Counted from the stretch's first letter, positions 54,034 to 64,000 are shown. The stretch: 64,000 bases of DNA from Candidatus Gastranaerophilales bacterium (GCA_944324825.1 CALUXU010000005.1:66264-130263); one strand, 5' to 3'. Translations and numbers: made by a program. The notes: generated from the sequence alone by a model not told the origin.

Positions 54034-54873
54034 ATGGAAGAAATCTGGTTATTAATAAAAGCAACTGCAATTGCAGGGATTGGGGGAACCGGGCTTGGCG
54101 GTATTATTGGGGCTTTATTCAAACGAGATTCAAAAAGAACCGTCAGTCTTTTACTCAGCTTTGCCGGCGGCGTTATGACATCAATTGTGTGTTTTGATCT
54201 TATCGTTAGTGCAATTGATACTCAAACAAATATTTTTATTATCGCCTTAGGAATTATTTTCGGTGTCGCGATGGTCTACCTTTTAAACCTTTATATAGAC
54301 AGGGTTACAAACCATGAGGTAAGACATATTGGCAAGAATCACCCTGCAACCGCAGATGATTTGGATGAAATTATTCACAGTAACCACTTATCCGTTCATA
54401 TGAAAAAGCGTGATACCAAGCTTTCATTATTTATTGCAGGTTTGATAATGGCATCTGCAATTGCTTTACACAATCTTCCTGAAGGAATGACGATTGGGGC
54501 ATCATTTATAAATAATAAAGGGGTGATGGGCGGTTCTGCACTCGTACTTGCTATATTAATCGGGCTTCATAATATTCCGGAGGGTATGGCAATATCTGTA
54601 CCTCTTATAAATGGCGGAGTAAAAAGAAGAAAAGCTATTTTGATTACTGCAGTGAGCGGTGCTCCAACGATTATCGGAGCATTGATAGGTTATTATATCG
54701 GAGATATCGGCGCATTGGGACTGGCATTGAGTTTATGTTTTGCAAGCGGTGCAATGTTGTATGTGACATTTGGCGAAATACTTCCTCAATCTATACTTAT
54801 GTACAGAAGTAAACTTCCTGCTTTTTCATTCATCGGCGGTATGCTTTTAGGTTTGATTGTGATAAATATTTAA
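54034..54873 (+). CDS. ZIP-family zinc/divalent metal transporter
   Basis: Duplicated motif HNLPEGMTIG / HNIPEGMAIS, several TM segments, and a His-rich cytoplasmic loop. Confidence 0.85.
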   Translation: MEEIWLLIKATAIAGIGGTGLGGIIGALFKRDSKRTVSLLLSFAGGVMTSIVCFDLIVSAIDTQTNIFIIALGIIFGVAMVYLLNLYIDRVTNHEVRHIGKNHPATADDLDEIIHSNHLSVHMKKRDTKLSLFIAGLIMASAIALHNLPEGMTIGASFINNKGVMGGSALVLAILIGLHNIPEGMAISVPLINGGVKRRKAILITAVSGAPTIIGALIGYYIGDIGALGLALSLCFASGAMLYVTFGEILPQSILMYRSKLPAFSFIGGMLLGLIVINI

Positions 54874-54874
54874 T

Positions 54875-55411
54875 ATGGACAGAAGTTTCTATACAAGAGA
54901 TACAGTTGTTGTTGCAAAGGATTTATTAGGCAAAAATCTTTGCAGAATGCATGACGGTGTGCTTTATAAAGGTATGATTGTGGAAACTGAGGCATATAAA
55001 CAAGAGGAGCCGGCATGTCATGCATATTGCGGATTAACTCCGAGAAATCAGATTATGTTTCACACCGGCGGCGTTAGCTATGTTTATTTTATTTACGGAA
55101 TGCACTTTTGTGTGAACGTTGTAACCGAATTAAACGGATACGGCTGTGCTGTTCTTATAAGAGCGCTTGAGCCGGTGTTAAATATTGATAATACAAACGG
55201 GCCGGCGAAATTAACAAAGGCTATGCATATAACCCGCGGCGATAACGGATTGGATTTGACGGATAAAAATTCCGGCTTATGGATAGAAGAAAATCAAGTT
55301 ATTGATTCGGAAAATATTGTTACCGCCCCAAGAATCGGTATATCACAGGCGGTTGATTATCCTTGGAGATTTTATATAAAAGATAACCCTTGGGTTTCAA
55401 AGATTAAATAA
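54875..55411 (+). CDS. DNA-3-methyladenine glycosylase (MPG/AAG family)
   Basis: FYTRDTVVVAKDLLGK, IVETEAY, PACHAY and YFIYGMHFCVNVV. Confidence 0.88.
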   Translation: MDRSFYTRDTVVVAKDLLGKNLCRMHDGVLYKGMIVETEAYKQEEPACHAYCGLTPRNQIMFHTGGVSYVYFIYGMHFCVNVVTELNGYGCAVLIRALEPVLNIDNTNGPAKLTKAMHITRGDNGLDLTDKNSGLWIEENQVIDSENIVTAPRIGISQAVDYPWRFYIKDNPWVSKIK

Positions 55412-56645
55412 TAGGGAGTGAAAAACCGAAGGTACAGGTTTCATTTACATCACTCTGGGCATAAATGTTTCCGTTATGTGCATCTATAATTTGTTTGGAT
55501 AAATATAGCCCCAGCCCTGTACTTGTTTTAAAAAATCTTGTATTACAGCTTTTCTTATATTTCTCAAAAATATCCTCCAGACGGTCTGCCGGAATATATT
55601 TACTATGGTTAGTGATTTTAAATTCTACTTGAGAGTTGTTTTCAGTGAGTTCAATATTTATATCACTGTTTCTAAATCCATAGTAAATAGCATTAGATAA
55701 CAGATTCATAATTACTCGCTGAATCTGAGATTTATCGGCTAAAACACTTGAAGTACAGTTGTTATTTATAATGATTCTCTGCTCTTTTTCTTTATACGAA
55801 TTTGATAAATGATTAACGGCATTAGTAACTAAATCATTCAGATAAATTTCTTCATTAGATATTTTTATTTGACCGTTATCATATAAATATGTATTCAGCA
55901 TTGTAAAAATTAAATCATATACGTATTGATGAGATGTTTGCATCTGAGTGACTAATTCTCGCTGTTTGCAGTCAAGATATCCGAAGTTTTGGTCAAGAAG
56001 TATATCGGTTGCTTTTATCTGTGCGATAGTAGGTGTTTTCAAATCGTGAGTTAATGTTGCGATAAAAGTATTTTTTCTCTCTTCCAAATCTTTTTCATCG
56101 TCAATATTTTCATATAAGATAACTAATTTGACTACGTTGCCATCTTTGTCATAGACAGGATATTTCATTATTTTGTACCAGCCCGAAACTCCGTTTAAAC
56201 AAATTGGGCGTTCAGTAACATAAGGCTGCTTGGTTCTTACAACTTCGTCATCTTCCTTTTGTAGTATATCAAGCTTATTGGGATTACAAAAAGAATGGAT
56301 ATTCTGTCCTATAATATTTCCGTTTTTGCTGCCGGTTACTTCAAGAAAGTATTTATTGGCGTGTATAATTTTTCCGTTAACATCACGTAAGAAAATCATA
56401 AATGGAGTATCATCAATTATCGTTTTTATTTGTGAATACTGTTGCAGAATATTTTCTTTGATTTTTTCCGTTTTAGAAATATACCAGAATAAAACTGCAA
56501 ATAAACATACAACTATCAGTAGTGTTATTTGTACGGCATTAATCGGGGAGAGATGTTTTGATGTGTGAATAAGTGTTTGTGTTAACAAATACAAAATAGA
56601 TATGACGGAAATAACTCCGCAAATTGATATTATTTTAAAATACAA
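55404..56645 (-). CDS. Membrane sensor histidine kinase with a PAS domain
   Basis: Two N-terminal TM helices, a PAS-like region, H box FIATLTHDLKTP, N box NLLSNAIYYG and G box GLGLYLSKQII. Confidence 0.85.
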   Translation of the reverse strand: MYFKIISICGVISVISILYLLTQTLIHTSKHLSPINAVQITLLIVVCLFAVLFWYISKTEKIKENILQQYSQIKTIIDDTPFMIFLRDVNGKIIHANKYFLEVTGSKNGNIIGQNIHSFCNPNKLDILQKEDDEVVRTKQPYVTERPICLNGVSGWYKIMKYPVYDKDGNVVKLVILYENIDDEKDLEERKNTFIATLTHDLKTPTIAQIKATDILLDQNFGYLDCKQRELVTQMQTSHQYVYDLIFTMLNTYLYDNGQIKISNEEIYLNDLVTNAVNHLSNSYKEKEQRIIINNNCTSSVLADKSQIQRVIMNLLSNAIYYGFRNSDINIELTENNSQVEFKITNHSKYIPADRLEDIFEKYKKSCNTRFFKTSTGLGLYLSKQIIDAHNGNIYAQSDVNETCTFGFSLPII

Positions 56646-56926
56646 AACTCTCCCCTTAGCTGTTAGTTTAAAATATTATTTTTCCCTATATATACAATAA
56701 AAAATATTATTTTGTGTATTAGCCATTAGTCTAATTTAATATTTTTACCTTTTAATAAATAATGGTATTTATATTGATTTTGCTGGACTTAATATATTTT
56801 TATATAGCTTAAAAAAGAAGAACAAATAATTTTAAATATTTACAAAAATTAATAGTTATCAACAATTAAATACATATTGATACTAGTTGGAAATAAAATT
56901 TCACCAAAATTATAATACTAATTAAG

Positions 56927-57154
56927 ATGGGAGTTAATCAGAATATTCAAAAAAAATTTGGTGCAAAACTAGCCTATATAAGAAAGAGTAAAAAGCTTTC
57001 TCAGATAAAACTTGCTGAATTGGTTGATATGAATTTTAATTATATTGGTCAGATTGAACGCGGCGAAGCAAATGTTACGATAAAAACAATGATAATTTTG
57101 GCAAATGCTCTGAATGTTGAATTAAAAACGTTGTTTGATTTTACTTTTGAATAA
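56927..57154 (+). CDS. XRE-family HTH transcriptional regulator (75 aa)
   Basis: LSQIKLAELVDMNFNYIGQIERGEANVTI. Confidence 0.8.
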   Translation: MGVNQNIQKKFGAKLAYIRKSKKLSQIKLAELVDMNFNYIGQIERGEANVTIKTMIILANALNVELKTLFDFTFE

Positions 57155-57324
57155 AAAAAAGAGACGTAAACGTCTCTTGGAATTAAGAATAGCTGGAAGT
57201 ATGAAAAAGATTTAATACAATTATTTAACAGGAAAGATATTTGTTTGAATATTACCCGACTCACTAATTTTTTGTTGAATTGTAAATTATTTGCCCTATT
57301 CTTTTTTGTTGCTACGATATAATT

Positions 57325-59340
57325 ATGGCTAAGGTATTACTGATTTCAGAAAATAGACAATACGAAAAAGATATTAAGTTAATTTTGTCAGGGCATGAAC
57401 TGATATCCTGCTCGGATGAAGTGTTAATTATTGATATTTTAAAGGTGGAAAATCCTGATATTGTAATGTTTGATTGTGATATTGAGTCGATTGATTTTAA
57501 GTCTATTTATCGTCAAATTAAAGAGTTTAACGTTATCAGTATACTTATTTTGAACAATAAGGAAGTTTCAAAAGACATATTGAATCATGCCAATATGTTT
57601 ATATCTTATCCGTTTTCTGCGGCTGTTGTTAGTGCATCAATTAATTCCTGTCTTAAAACGAAGAAGTCGCTTGTAAAGCTTTCCAAATCTAATAAAGAGC
57701 TTGCAAGCAGTCTTTATCAATTAAATGTGCTTTATTCAACCACGTCACAGTTATCAGGGAGTCTTGATAAAGAGCAGTTGATTTCGATTATGAATGACGG
57801 AATCGAAAAATCTCTAAACTATAATCTTTTGTGTACACTAACCTTTAAAACTCCTGATGAACCTATCCTTTTGATTGATTCCACGTATAATCCCTCAGAA
57901 CGGTTGGTTGAATCTTTGAAGCTGCGTGCGGTTATGAATTACAAATCACGTAATTTTGCGAATAATTTTGCAATAAATATTGACGATATAAAAGTGGAAA
58001 AAAAGGTTAAATACCCTATTACGGATTATGATTTTGAAGTTTTGAATTTTGATAACTTATTATCTTTTATTGATGTAAATGATGAGTGCCACGGGTATAC
58101 GGAAATCTTCAGAGAAACGGATTTTACTCTGGAGGATTCAACGTGTTTTCAGACTATTGTCCAGCAGGTTGCCCTGCCTTTAAAGAGCGCAATTTTGTAT
58201 CAGGAAATAACTGAAACAAATAAAAAACTTGCTAAACTTGAACGTTTGAAATCGGAATTTATTTCTATCGTGTCTCATGAATTGAGAACTCCTTTGACAA
58301 CAATAAAAAATGCACTGGATATTATAACAAGCGGTAAAACCGGAGAATTATCCGAAAATACTTCAAAATTTATCAGTATGGCGAGCCGGAACGTTGTAAG
58401 GTTATCCGGAATTATTAATGATTTGCTTGATATATCAAAAATTGAAGCCGGTAAACTTGACTTTAAATACACTGTTACGAAGCTTGAACCTGTTATTGAA
58501 TATGTAAAAAATAATCTTCAAAATGTTGCGAAAGATAAAAATATTCAGATAGAGTACGTTTCCGAATTAAATGATTCCGATAATATTTATGCGGATACAA
58601 ACAGGTTAGAGCAGGTATTGACTAACCTTGTTTCAAATGCAATCAAATTCACTCCGGAGAAAGGTAAAATTACGATTTCTTCAAAAATTGTTGATGCAAA
58701 GGATATTTCAACGGAGGAATGTTTTAAACCGGATATTGAAAGATTGAGCGGTGATTACATTCAGGTTTGCGTATCGGATCAAGGTATTGGTATAGAAAAA
58801 GACAACCTTAAACAGGTATTTGATAAATTCCAGCAGATAGAAAACTCTCTCTCCAGAGAAGTCGGCGGCTCCGGGTTAGGTTTGGCTATTGCAAAACAGC
58901 TGGTTGAATCTCATAACGGCGCAATCTGGTGTGACAGTGAGATTAATAAAGGCTCAAATTTTTATTTTGTAATACCTGTTGCCAGTGACAAAAATAACTT
59001 CCTATTAAATAAAAAGCAGCTTGTTCAAAAGGCAAGAGAAAAAAATTCGACGCTTCTTTCCATAAAAATGAAAACGGCAAAAGATGTTATGGAAAGTTTA
59101 ATAAACGAAGAAGATATTTTTAAAGAAACATATCTTAGTAATTCTTTACTTGAGGCACAGGATGATAACAGTATCTTAACACTTGCAATAGTCGATGGTA
59201 ATAAGAGTTTTGCGGAATTTTTGCATAAGCGGATTAATGATGTTATATCTTCTAAAACAGATAAGTACAAAAATTGTGATATAATGTACTCATACGAGAT
59301 TGAAGGAGTATCTGATGAAAAAAATTCTTATAGTAGATGA
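57325..59340 (+). CDS. Cytoplasmic sensor histidine kinase with an N-terminal receiver-like domain
   Basis: The N-terminus is CheY-like (KVLLISEN...IVMFDCDI). H box FISIVSHELRTPLTTI, N box NLVSNAIKFTP, G boxes DQGIGI and GSGLGLAIAKQLV. No TM helix. Confidence 0.85.
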   Translation: MAKVLLISENRQYEKDIKLILSGHELISCSDEVLIIDILKVENPDIVMFDCDIESIDFKSIYRQIKEFNVISILILNNKEVSKDILNHANMFISYPFSAAVVSASINSCLKTKKSLVKLSKSNKELASSLYQLNVLYSTTSQLSGSLDKEQLISIMNDGIEKSLNYNLLCTLTFKTPDEPILLIDSTYNPSERLVESLKLRAVMNYKSRNFANNFAINIDDIKVEKKVKYPITDYDFEVLNFDNLLSFIDVNDECHGYTEIFRETDFTLEDSTCFQTIVQQVALPLKSAILYQEITETNKKLAKLERLKSEFISIVSHELRTPLTTIKNALDIITSGKTGELSENTSKFISMASRNVVRLSGIINDLLDISKIEAGKLDFKYTVTKLEPVIEYVKNNLQNVAKDKNIQIEYVSELNDSDNIYADTNRLEQVLTNLVSNAIKFTPEKGKITISSKIVDAKDISTEECFKPDIERLSGDYIQVCVSDQGIGIEKDNLKQVFDKFQQIENSLSREVGGSGLGLAIAKQLVESHNGAIWCDSEINKGSNFYFVIPVASDKNNFLLNKKQLVQKAREKNSTLLSIKMKTAKDVMESLINEEDIFKETYLSNSLLEAQDDNSILTLAIVDGNKSFAEFLHKRINDVISSKTDKYKNCDIMYSYEIEGVSDEKNSYSR

Positions 59341-59677
59341 TGAGCAGGATATTGTTGAAAGTCTTAAATTCGTACTTGAGGTAAGCGGATATACCTGTTA
59401 TTGTGCATATAACGGAGAAGATGGACTTCGTATGGCTAAAGAATTGACTCCTGATTTGATTATATTGGACGTTATGATGCCAAAGATTAACGGTTACAAA
59501 ATCAGCCGTTTATTAAAATACGATAAAAAATATAAAGATATTCCTATAATAATGGTTACTGCACGTTCTCAAGAAGAGGACAAATTAATCGGAGAAGAAA
59601 CCGGTGTTGATGAATATATAACAAAGCCGTTTGATTTGGATTATGTTGTTCAGAGAGTAAAAAATTATTTGGGATAG
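59315..59677 (+). CDS. Single-domain (CheY-like) response regulator
   Basis: Start at the ATG preceded by GAAGGAG. KILIVDDEQD, LIILDVMMP and KPF. Confidence 0.88.
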   Translation: MKKILIVDDEQDIVESLKFVLEVSGYTCYCAYNGEDGLRMAKELTPDLIILDVMMPKINGYKISRLLKYDKKYKDIPIIMVTARSQEEDKLIGEETGVDEYITKPFDLDYVVQRVKNYLG

Positions 59678-59683
59678 ATTGTA

Positions 59684-61066
59684 ATGGAAGTTGTTACAAA
59701 TAAAACGCTGGAAAAATGGAAATATGAATTAGTTAGAGACGGCCTTGTTCCTTATGAAGTATTGGAGCAGGCAGAGAGTATTGCTAATGCCGAAAATATT
59801 AATATCGGGCAGGCTTTGATAAATTCAGGAATTTTATCCGAAGAAACTTTGTTAAAGTTTTTAGAGCAAAAACTTCATATCCCTTATGTAAATCTGGATG
59901 ATTATTCTTTGGATGTAAATTGTCTTAAGTATATCAATTTTGCGGATGCCGCAAAATATAAAATCATTCCTTTATTTAAGATAGAAGATGTCTTGACCGT
60001 TGCAATGACAGATCCGCTGGATTTGTTTGTTGTAGACAAGATAATGGAATCGGCAGAATGTTCTATTGAGCCGGTATTGTCGTCAGAATCCAGTATTTTA
60101 ACAAAAATTGACGAGTATTATAAAACCTCGGATACAGTAGATAAGATATTTTCAAAAGAGTACGATGCGTCTTTTGACTGGCGTGACGAGCTTCATAAAG
60201 ATGATTTGTCAGAGGAGCATATTCAAAAAATAATAAGGGCAATTTTAAAGCAGGCACTTTTCGAAGATGTGCATGAGCTTTATTTTGAACAGTCTGATGA
60301 CGGATTGAATGTTGTATTCAAGAAACAAAATGAATCCTTTTCAAAAGGTACGATTCCTTACATTCTTGTAACATCGTTTGTTTCTAAATTAAAGCTTTTA
60401 TCAAACCTTGATCCGTCTGTTTGTGAGGTTCCGCAGCTTGGTAAACTGTGTTTTAAGGTTGATGAAACAACACTTGTTGCAAGTGTTTCTGCGTTCCCTA
60501 CGATTATAGGCGAAAGGATTGCTCTTAAAATATATAAACCGCCGAAGGAATTATCTGAAATTATTAAAGACGAACGTCAGAGAAAATTACTGCAATCTTC
60601 TCTGGAGATGCCGGGGATTATACTTGTATGCGGTTCACAGCTGAGCGGTAAAACACATATTATTTATTCACTATTGCTTGAGGCTGCAAAATCAAACAAA
60701 AATATTATGACTATTGAATCTTTGTCAAAGTATAATTTGCCTAAAGTGCATCAGTGCGAATTAAATGAAAATGTTGGATTTAACCTTGATAAAGCGCTTA
60801 GATTTATTGAGTTTCAATCTCCGGATATCATTTATCTTGAAGGTGTCAAAACAAGACAGGCTTTTGAGTATTTTTCAGAGCTGGTATATAACGATAAAAC
60901 AGTTATTACCGAATTTATGGCAAATAATATGACTGATTTAAGAGAGAAAATGAGTTTTGAAGATTTTCAGTCATTCAAATCTCTGATTACTGCAATGATT
61001 TTCATTCATTCACATGACAGTATTGAGGTATTTGATAAAACTGCGATTCAAAAATATATTGCATAA
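59684..61066 (+). CDS. GspE/PilB-like protein with a T2SSE_N (MshEN-type) domain and a divergent ATPase half
   Basis: N-terminal IGQALINSGILSEETLLKFLEQ (MshEN-like motif) and ...IIPLFKIEDVLTVAMTDPLD. The Walker-A-like sequence is GSQLSGKT, but I did not find the Asp/His boxes of secretion ATPases. Confidence 0.65.
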   Translation: MEVVTNKTLEKWKYELVRDGLVPYEVLEQAESIANAENINIGQALINSGILSEETLLKFLEQKLHIPYVNLDDYSLDVNCLKYINFADAAKYKIIPLFKIEDVLTVAMTDPLDLFVVDKIMESAECSIEPVLSSESSILTKIDEYYKTSDTVDKIFSKEYDASFDWRDELHKDDLSEEHIQKIIRAILKQALFEDVHELYFEQSDDGLNVVFKKQNESFSKGTIPYILVTSFVSKLKLLSNLDPSVCEVPQLGKLCFKVDETTLVASVSAFPTIIGERIALKIYKPPKELSEIIKDERQRKLLQSSLEMPGIILVCGSQLSGKTHIIYSLLLEAAKSNKNIMTIESLSKYNLPKVHQCELNENVGFNLDKALRFIEFQSPDIIYLEGVKTRQAFEYFSELVYNDKTVITEFMANNMTDLREKMSFEDFQSFKSLITAMIFIHSHDSIEVFDKTAIQKYIA

Positions 61067-61132
61067 TTTTGTTGGGGTTCACTTTTTTTATTTTGATAAG
61101 TGATTAAGTGACTAAGTGATTAGGCATTTCTC

Positions 61133-61325
61133 GTCATCCCGAACTTGTTTCGGGATCTTACCAACGTTGAATTTCTGCCTGTAACACCGGTAAGACCCTG
61201 AAATAAATTCAGGGTGACAGAATAAATTTTCGTCATTATGAACGAAGTGAAGTAATCGGTTTCAAGTGAATAGTGAATTGTAATTAGTGAGTAGACATTT
61301 TTCTGTCATTACGAGTCGGGGTAAA
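61133..61325. repeat. Cluster of GC-rich hairpin modules in the intergenic region
   Basis: GTCATCCCGAACTTGTTTCGGGATC, AGACCCTGAAATAAATTCAGGGTG, CGTCATTATGAACGAAGTGAAGTAATC and CTGTCATTACGAG. The first two modules equal the pair inside the transposase gene (4071-4130). Confidence 0.7.
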
Positions 61326-61346
61326 ATATGTAGATAGAATTTTTAT

Positions 61347-61757
61347 TCAACCTTCTTTTCCCTCTCCTCTTTTTAAATAATCATCAAATGTTTTCTCAAC
61401 AACTCTATATCCGCAGCCCTCGTGGAGTTTCCCTGGGTAGTATATTTTCTTTGCCGGATATTTTTTACACATCGGAAGCCGTTTTTCGTAAACAGAACAT
61501 AAACCTTCTTTGGTTACATATTTACAGGCAAAAATTAAGTTTCCGTCTTCATCTTTCCCTCTTATGTAGAATCTTCGATATGACGGGAACAAAAACTGCA
61601 TGATTTTAAATTCTTTTTCGGAATAAGTATCAAAACTGTACATATATCTGCAGCATTGACCGCACTTTTTACATTCCCCTTCTATCGTGTATTCTACTCT
61701 TTCAGGAACAAAATATGAGAGAAATTCATTTTTTAAAGTTTCCAAAAAATCAAGCAT
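61347..61757 (-). CDS. YkgJ-family cysteine-cluster (zinc/iron-chelating) protein
   Basis: CKKCGQCCR (CxxCxxCC) near the N-terminus, with further Cys residues downstream. 136 aa. Confidence 0.7.
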   Translation of the reverse strand: MLDFLETLKNEFLSYFVPERVEYTIEGECKKCGQCCRYMYSFDTYSEKEFKIMQFLFPSYRRFYIRGKDEDGNLIFACKYVTKEGLCSVYEKRLPMCKKYPAKKIYYPGKLHEGCGYRVVEKTFDDYLKRGEGKEG

Positions 61758-61834
61758 GCTTAATATTATACTCTCAGATAATTTTTTTGGTACAATATTA
61801 ATTATTAGGTAGGAGTATATAGAAGGTAAGCTTT

Positions 61835-63994
61835 ATGTCAAAATATGTCGTTCCTAAGCGAATGAAAAAATATAATACAAAAGTATCTCGTTCATCATCT
61901 TCTGATGAAGGGTCTATGTTTGATACTATAAAAAGATTGTTTATTGTCGGTGCAGCTTGTGTTCTTGCAGGTTTTGTGGCACTCAAGCTTTATTTGGCAA
62001 TTCTTCCTCCTATTGCAAACCTTTCGGATTTTAAACCTAATATGGTAACAAAATTCTTGTCCGCTGACGGTGAAGTTATAAAGACATTTAATGCTTGTAC
62101 TTTTTCAAAGGTAGAGGCTAACCAGATACCTAAAGAATTAAAAGAAGCAATTGTAGCAACAGAGGATAAAAATTTCTACAATCACCCGGGGTATGATTTA
62201 TGCGGTGTTGCACGTTCCGCCATAGAGAACGCTATTGCCGGCAGAGTTGTTCAGGGCGGTAGTACAATTACACAGCAGTTATCAAGAATGTTGTTCTTAT
62301 CGAACGAACAATCTTATTCAAGAAAGATAAAAGAAATCATAATTGCTGCGCAAATAGAAAAGTCTATTACAAAAGACCAGATACTTACGATGTATCTTAA
62401 TAACGTTTATTTAGGCTCAGGGGCTTATGGTGTGGAAGGCGCCGCTCAAATATATTTTGCAAAGCATTTGGACCAGTTAACACTTGCGGAAATGGCGCTT
62501 TTAGCCGGTCTGCCTCAAGCACCGTCCGTTTATTCTCCGTTTAACAATATTGAACTTGCGAAGAAGAGAAGAAATCAGGTTCTTTTGAGAATGTATAAGA
62601 TGAAATACATTGATAAGGCTACTATGGAAAAGGCTCAGGCGGAAAAAATCCATCTGACATCTATGCCTACCTCTTATCTTTTGAATAAAGCTCCTTATTT
62701 CTGCGATATGATAATGAACGAGCTTGAGAAACTTGGCTTCTCTGAACAAGAAATAAGCCAGGGCGGATATAAGATTATTACGACTCTTGATTATAAAACT
62801 CAAATAAAAGCTAATGAAGCGATAGTAACAGAATTGAATGCGTATGGTTTGCGCGGAGATAAAAATCAGGCTGCAGTATTTGCGTTTTCTCCTGTTGACG
62901 GCAAGATTTTAGCGTATGCCGGCGGAAAAGATTATGCAAAAAGCCAATACGATCGTGTAACTCAGGCTGTTCGCCCTCCGGGGTCTGCATTTAAACCGTT
63001 TATTTATACAGCAGCGGTTGAAAAAGGTGTTTCGCCAAACGATTTAATCGACGATAAACCTTTTAAAGCTGGAACTTGGACCCCTCACAACTACGGGAAC
63101 AGATATAGAGGACAGATTCCGGTATATAAAGCTTTGATGATATCTTCTAACGTTTGTGCGGCACGTTTGATTCAGTATGTCGGTGTCCGTGCTGTAATCC
63201 AAATGGCAAGGATTATGGGTATAACAACTCCATTGGAATATGATTATACTATTGCTCTGGGGTCAAACGGGGTTAAACTGTATGAACTTACAAGGGCTTA
63301 CGGTATATTTGCAAACGGCGGATTTAAAGTCGAGCCTTACGGTATTGAAAGAATTGAATCCTCAAGAGGAAAAGTGTTATATTCTGCTTCAAGACCGAGA
63401 ATTACTAAAGTATTGAGTACGGATACAGCAGCAATTATGACTGCAATGATGAGAACTGTAATTGACCACGGTACAGGTCTTGCCGCAAGAATCGGAAAAC
63501 CGGCAGCAGGTAAAACAGGTACCACTGATGATTATAAAGATGCATGGTTCGTAGGTTATACTCCGACAATTGTAATGGGGGTATGGGTTGGTAATGATGA
63601 TAATACCAGAATGGGAGGTCTGACAGGCGGTACTGTTCCGGCACTTATCTGGCGTGATATTATGAAGGTTGCAGTGGAAAGTATCGGAAGCGATGATTTC
63701 CAATATCCGGAGGTTGTACTTGACGGCGCACCTAAGAAAAATAATCCGAAATTAACATCCGATAAAAATATTCAATCAAATGAGTCACGAATAGAAGATG
63801 AAGAATCTGCAGAAGTTCCGATGACTGTTGTAACTCCTGTTCAACATCAACCTGTTGAGGTTCCGGCAGTACAGCAGCCGGTGTCAAATTCCTCCAGAAT
63901 AGAATCACCTGTTCCGTCTTCTACTCCTTCTGCTCCTTCGACTCCTTCCGCTCCGCCACAACAGGCTCCTGTTCCGGCTCCGGCGATGAATTAA
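61835..63994 (+). CDS. Class A penicillin-binding protein (PBP1A-type transglycosylase/transpeptidase)
   Basis: GT51 motifs EDKNFYNHPG, GGSTITQQ and RKIKE. Transpeptidase motifs SAFKP, SSN and KTGTT. It has an N-terminal TM anchor and a Pro/Ser/Ala-rich C-terminal tail. Confidence 0.92.
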   Translation: MSKYVVPKRMKKYNTKVSRSSSSDEGSMFDTIKRLFIVGAACVLAGFVALKLYLAILPPIANLSDFKPNMVTKFLSADGEVIKTFNACTFSKVEANQIPKELKEAIVATEDKNFYNHPGYDLCGVARSAIENAIAGRVVQGGSTITQQLSRMLFLSNEQSYSRKIKEIIIAAQIEKSITKDQILTMYLNNVYLGSGAYGVEGAAQIYFAKHLDQLTLAEMALLAGLPQAPSVYSPFNNIELAKKRRNQVLLRMYKMKYIDKATMEKAQAEKIHLTSMPTSYLLNKAPYFCDMIMNELEKLGFSEQEISQGGYKIITTLDYKTQIKANEAIVTELNAYGLRGDKNQAAVFAFSPVDGKILAYAGGKDYAKSQYDRVTQAVRPPGSAFKPFIYTAAVEKGVSPNDLIDDKPFKAGTWTPHNYGNRYRGQIPVYKALMISSNVCAARLIQYVGVRAVIQMARIMGITTPLEYDYTIALGSNGVKLYELTRAYGIFANGGFKVEPYGIERIESSRGKVLYSASRPRITKVLSTDTAAIMTAMMRTVIDHGTGLAARIGKPAAGKTGTTDDYKDAWFVGYTPTIVMGVWVGNDDNTRMGGLTGGTVPALIWRDIMKVAVESIGSDDFQYPEVVLDGAPKKNNPKLTSDKNIQSNESRIEDEESAEVPMTVVTPVQHQPVEVPAVQQPVSNSSRIESPVPSSTPSAPSTPSAPPQQAPVPAPAMN

Positions 63995-64000
63995 CAATAG

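Noticed and set aside
57159-57178. Hairpin AAGAGACG-TAAA-CGTCTCTT as terminator of the XRE gene
   Set aside because: The T run is on the wrong side for plus-strand termination (A8 precedes the stem). It might act bidirectionally, but I cannot support that.

Overview
AT-rich (about 30% GC by eye) bacterial chromosomal segment with about 60 credible protein genes and six tRNA genes (Ile-GAT, Cys-GCA, Pro-CGG, Ser-CGA, Glu-CTC, Ser-TGA). I saw no rRNA and no CRISPR array. The backbone is ordinary housekeeping: hydF fragment, TPR proteins, HIT, speE, PfpI, U32 peptidase, YbaK, M16 peptidase, UDG family 4, SulP, rsmD, gcvT-gcvH-gcvPA, ZIP, MPG glycosylase, two histidine-kinase modules and a class A PBP. 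Three kinds of accessory DNA interrupt it. (1) A ~19-kb island sits in the 3' end of tRNA-Ile (787-19831), closed by a copy of the tRNA tail. It carries a DUF2971-like gene, a Mu/Tn7-like DDE transposase plus AAA+ ATPase, HNH and Mrr nucleases, an orphan reverse transcriptase, a type I R-M operon (hsdR-x-hsdM-hsdS), a small tyrosine recombinase and hipBA. (2) A ~6.5-kb block downstream of tRNA-Ser(TGA) (44813-51266) lies between perfect 57-bp repeats and carries an XRE regulator, small membrane proteins, two MATE pumps and a rarA fragment. (3) A set of short GC-rich hairpin modules recurs through the window. Four of the six tRNA genes have a duplicate of their own 3' tail downstream. The best candidate for an undescribed system is the RT locus (8683-11077). 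It is an atypical 562-aa RT with a Cys-rich insert. Upstream of it, on the opposite strand, is an unannotated 50-codon hydrophobic ORF with near-perfect expression signals, arranged so that RT-leader transcription would be antisense to it. Next to it, HsdS carries an extra ~190-aa C-terminal domain, and the gene between hsdR and hsdM is broken at an A8 tract. All product names come from motif recognition by eye; nothing was searched.
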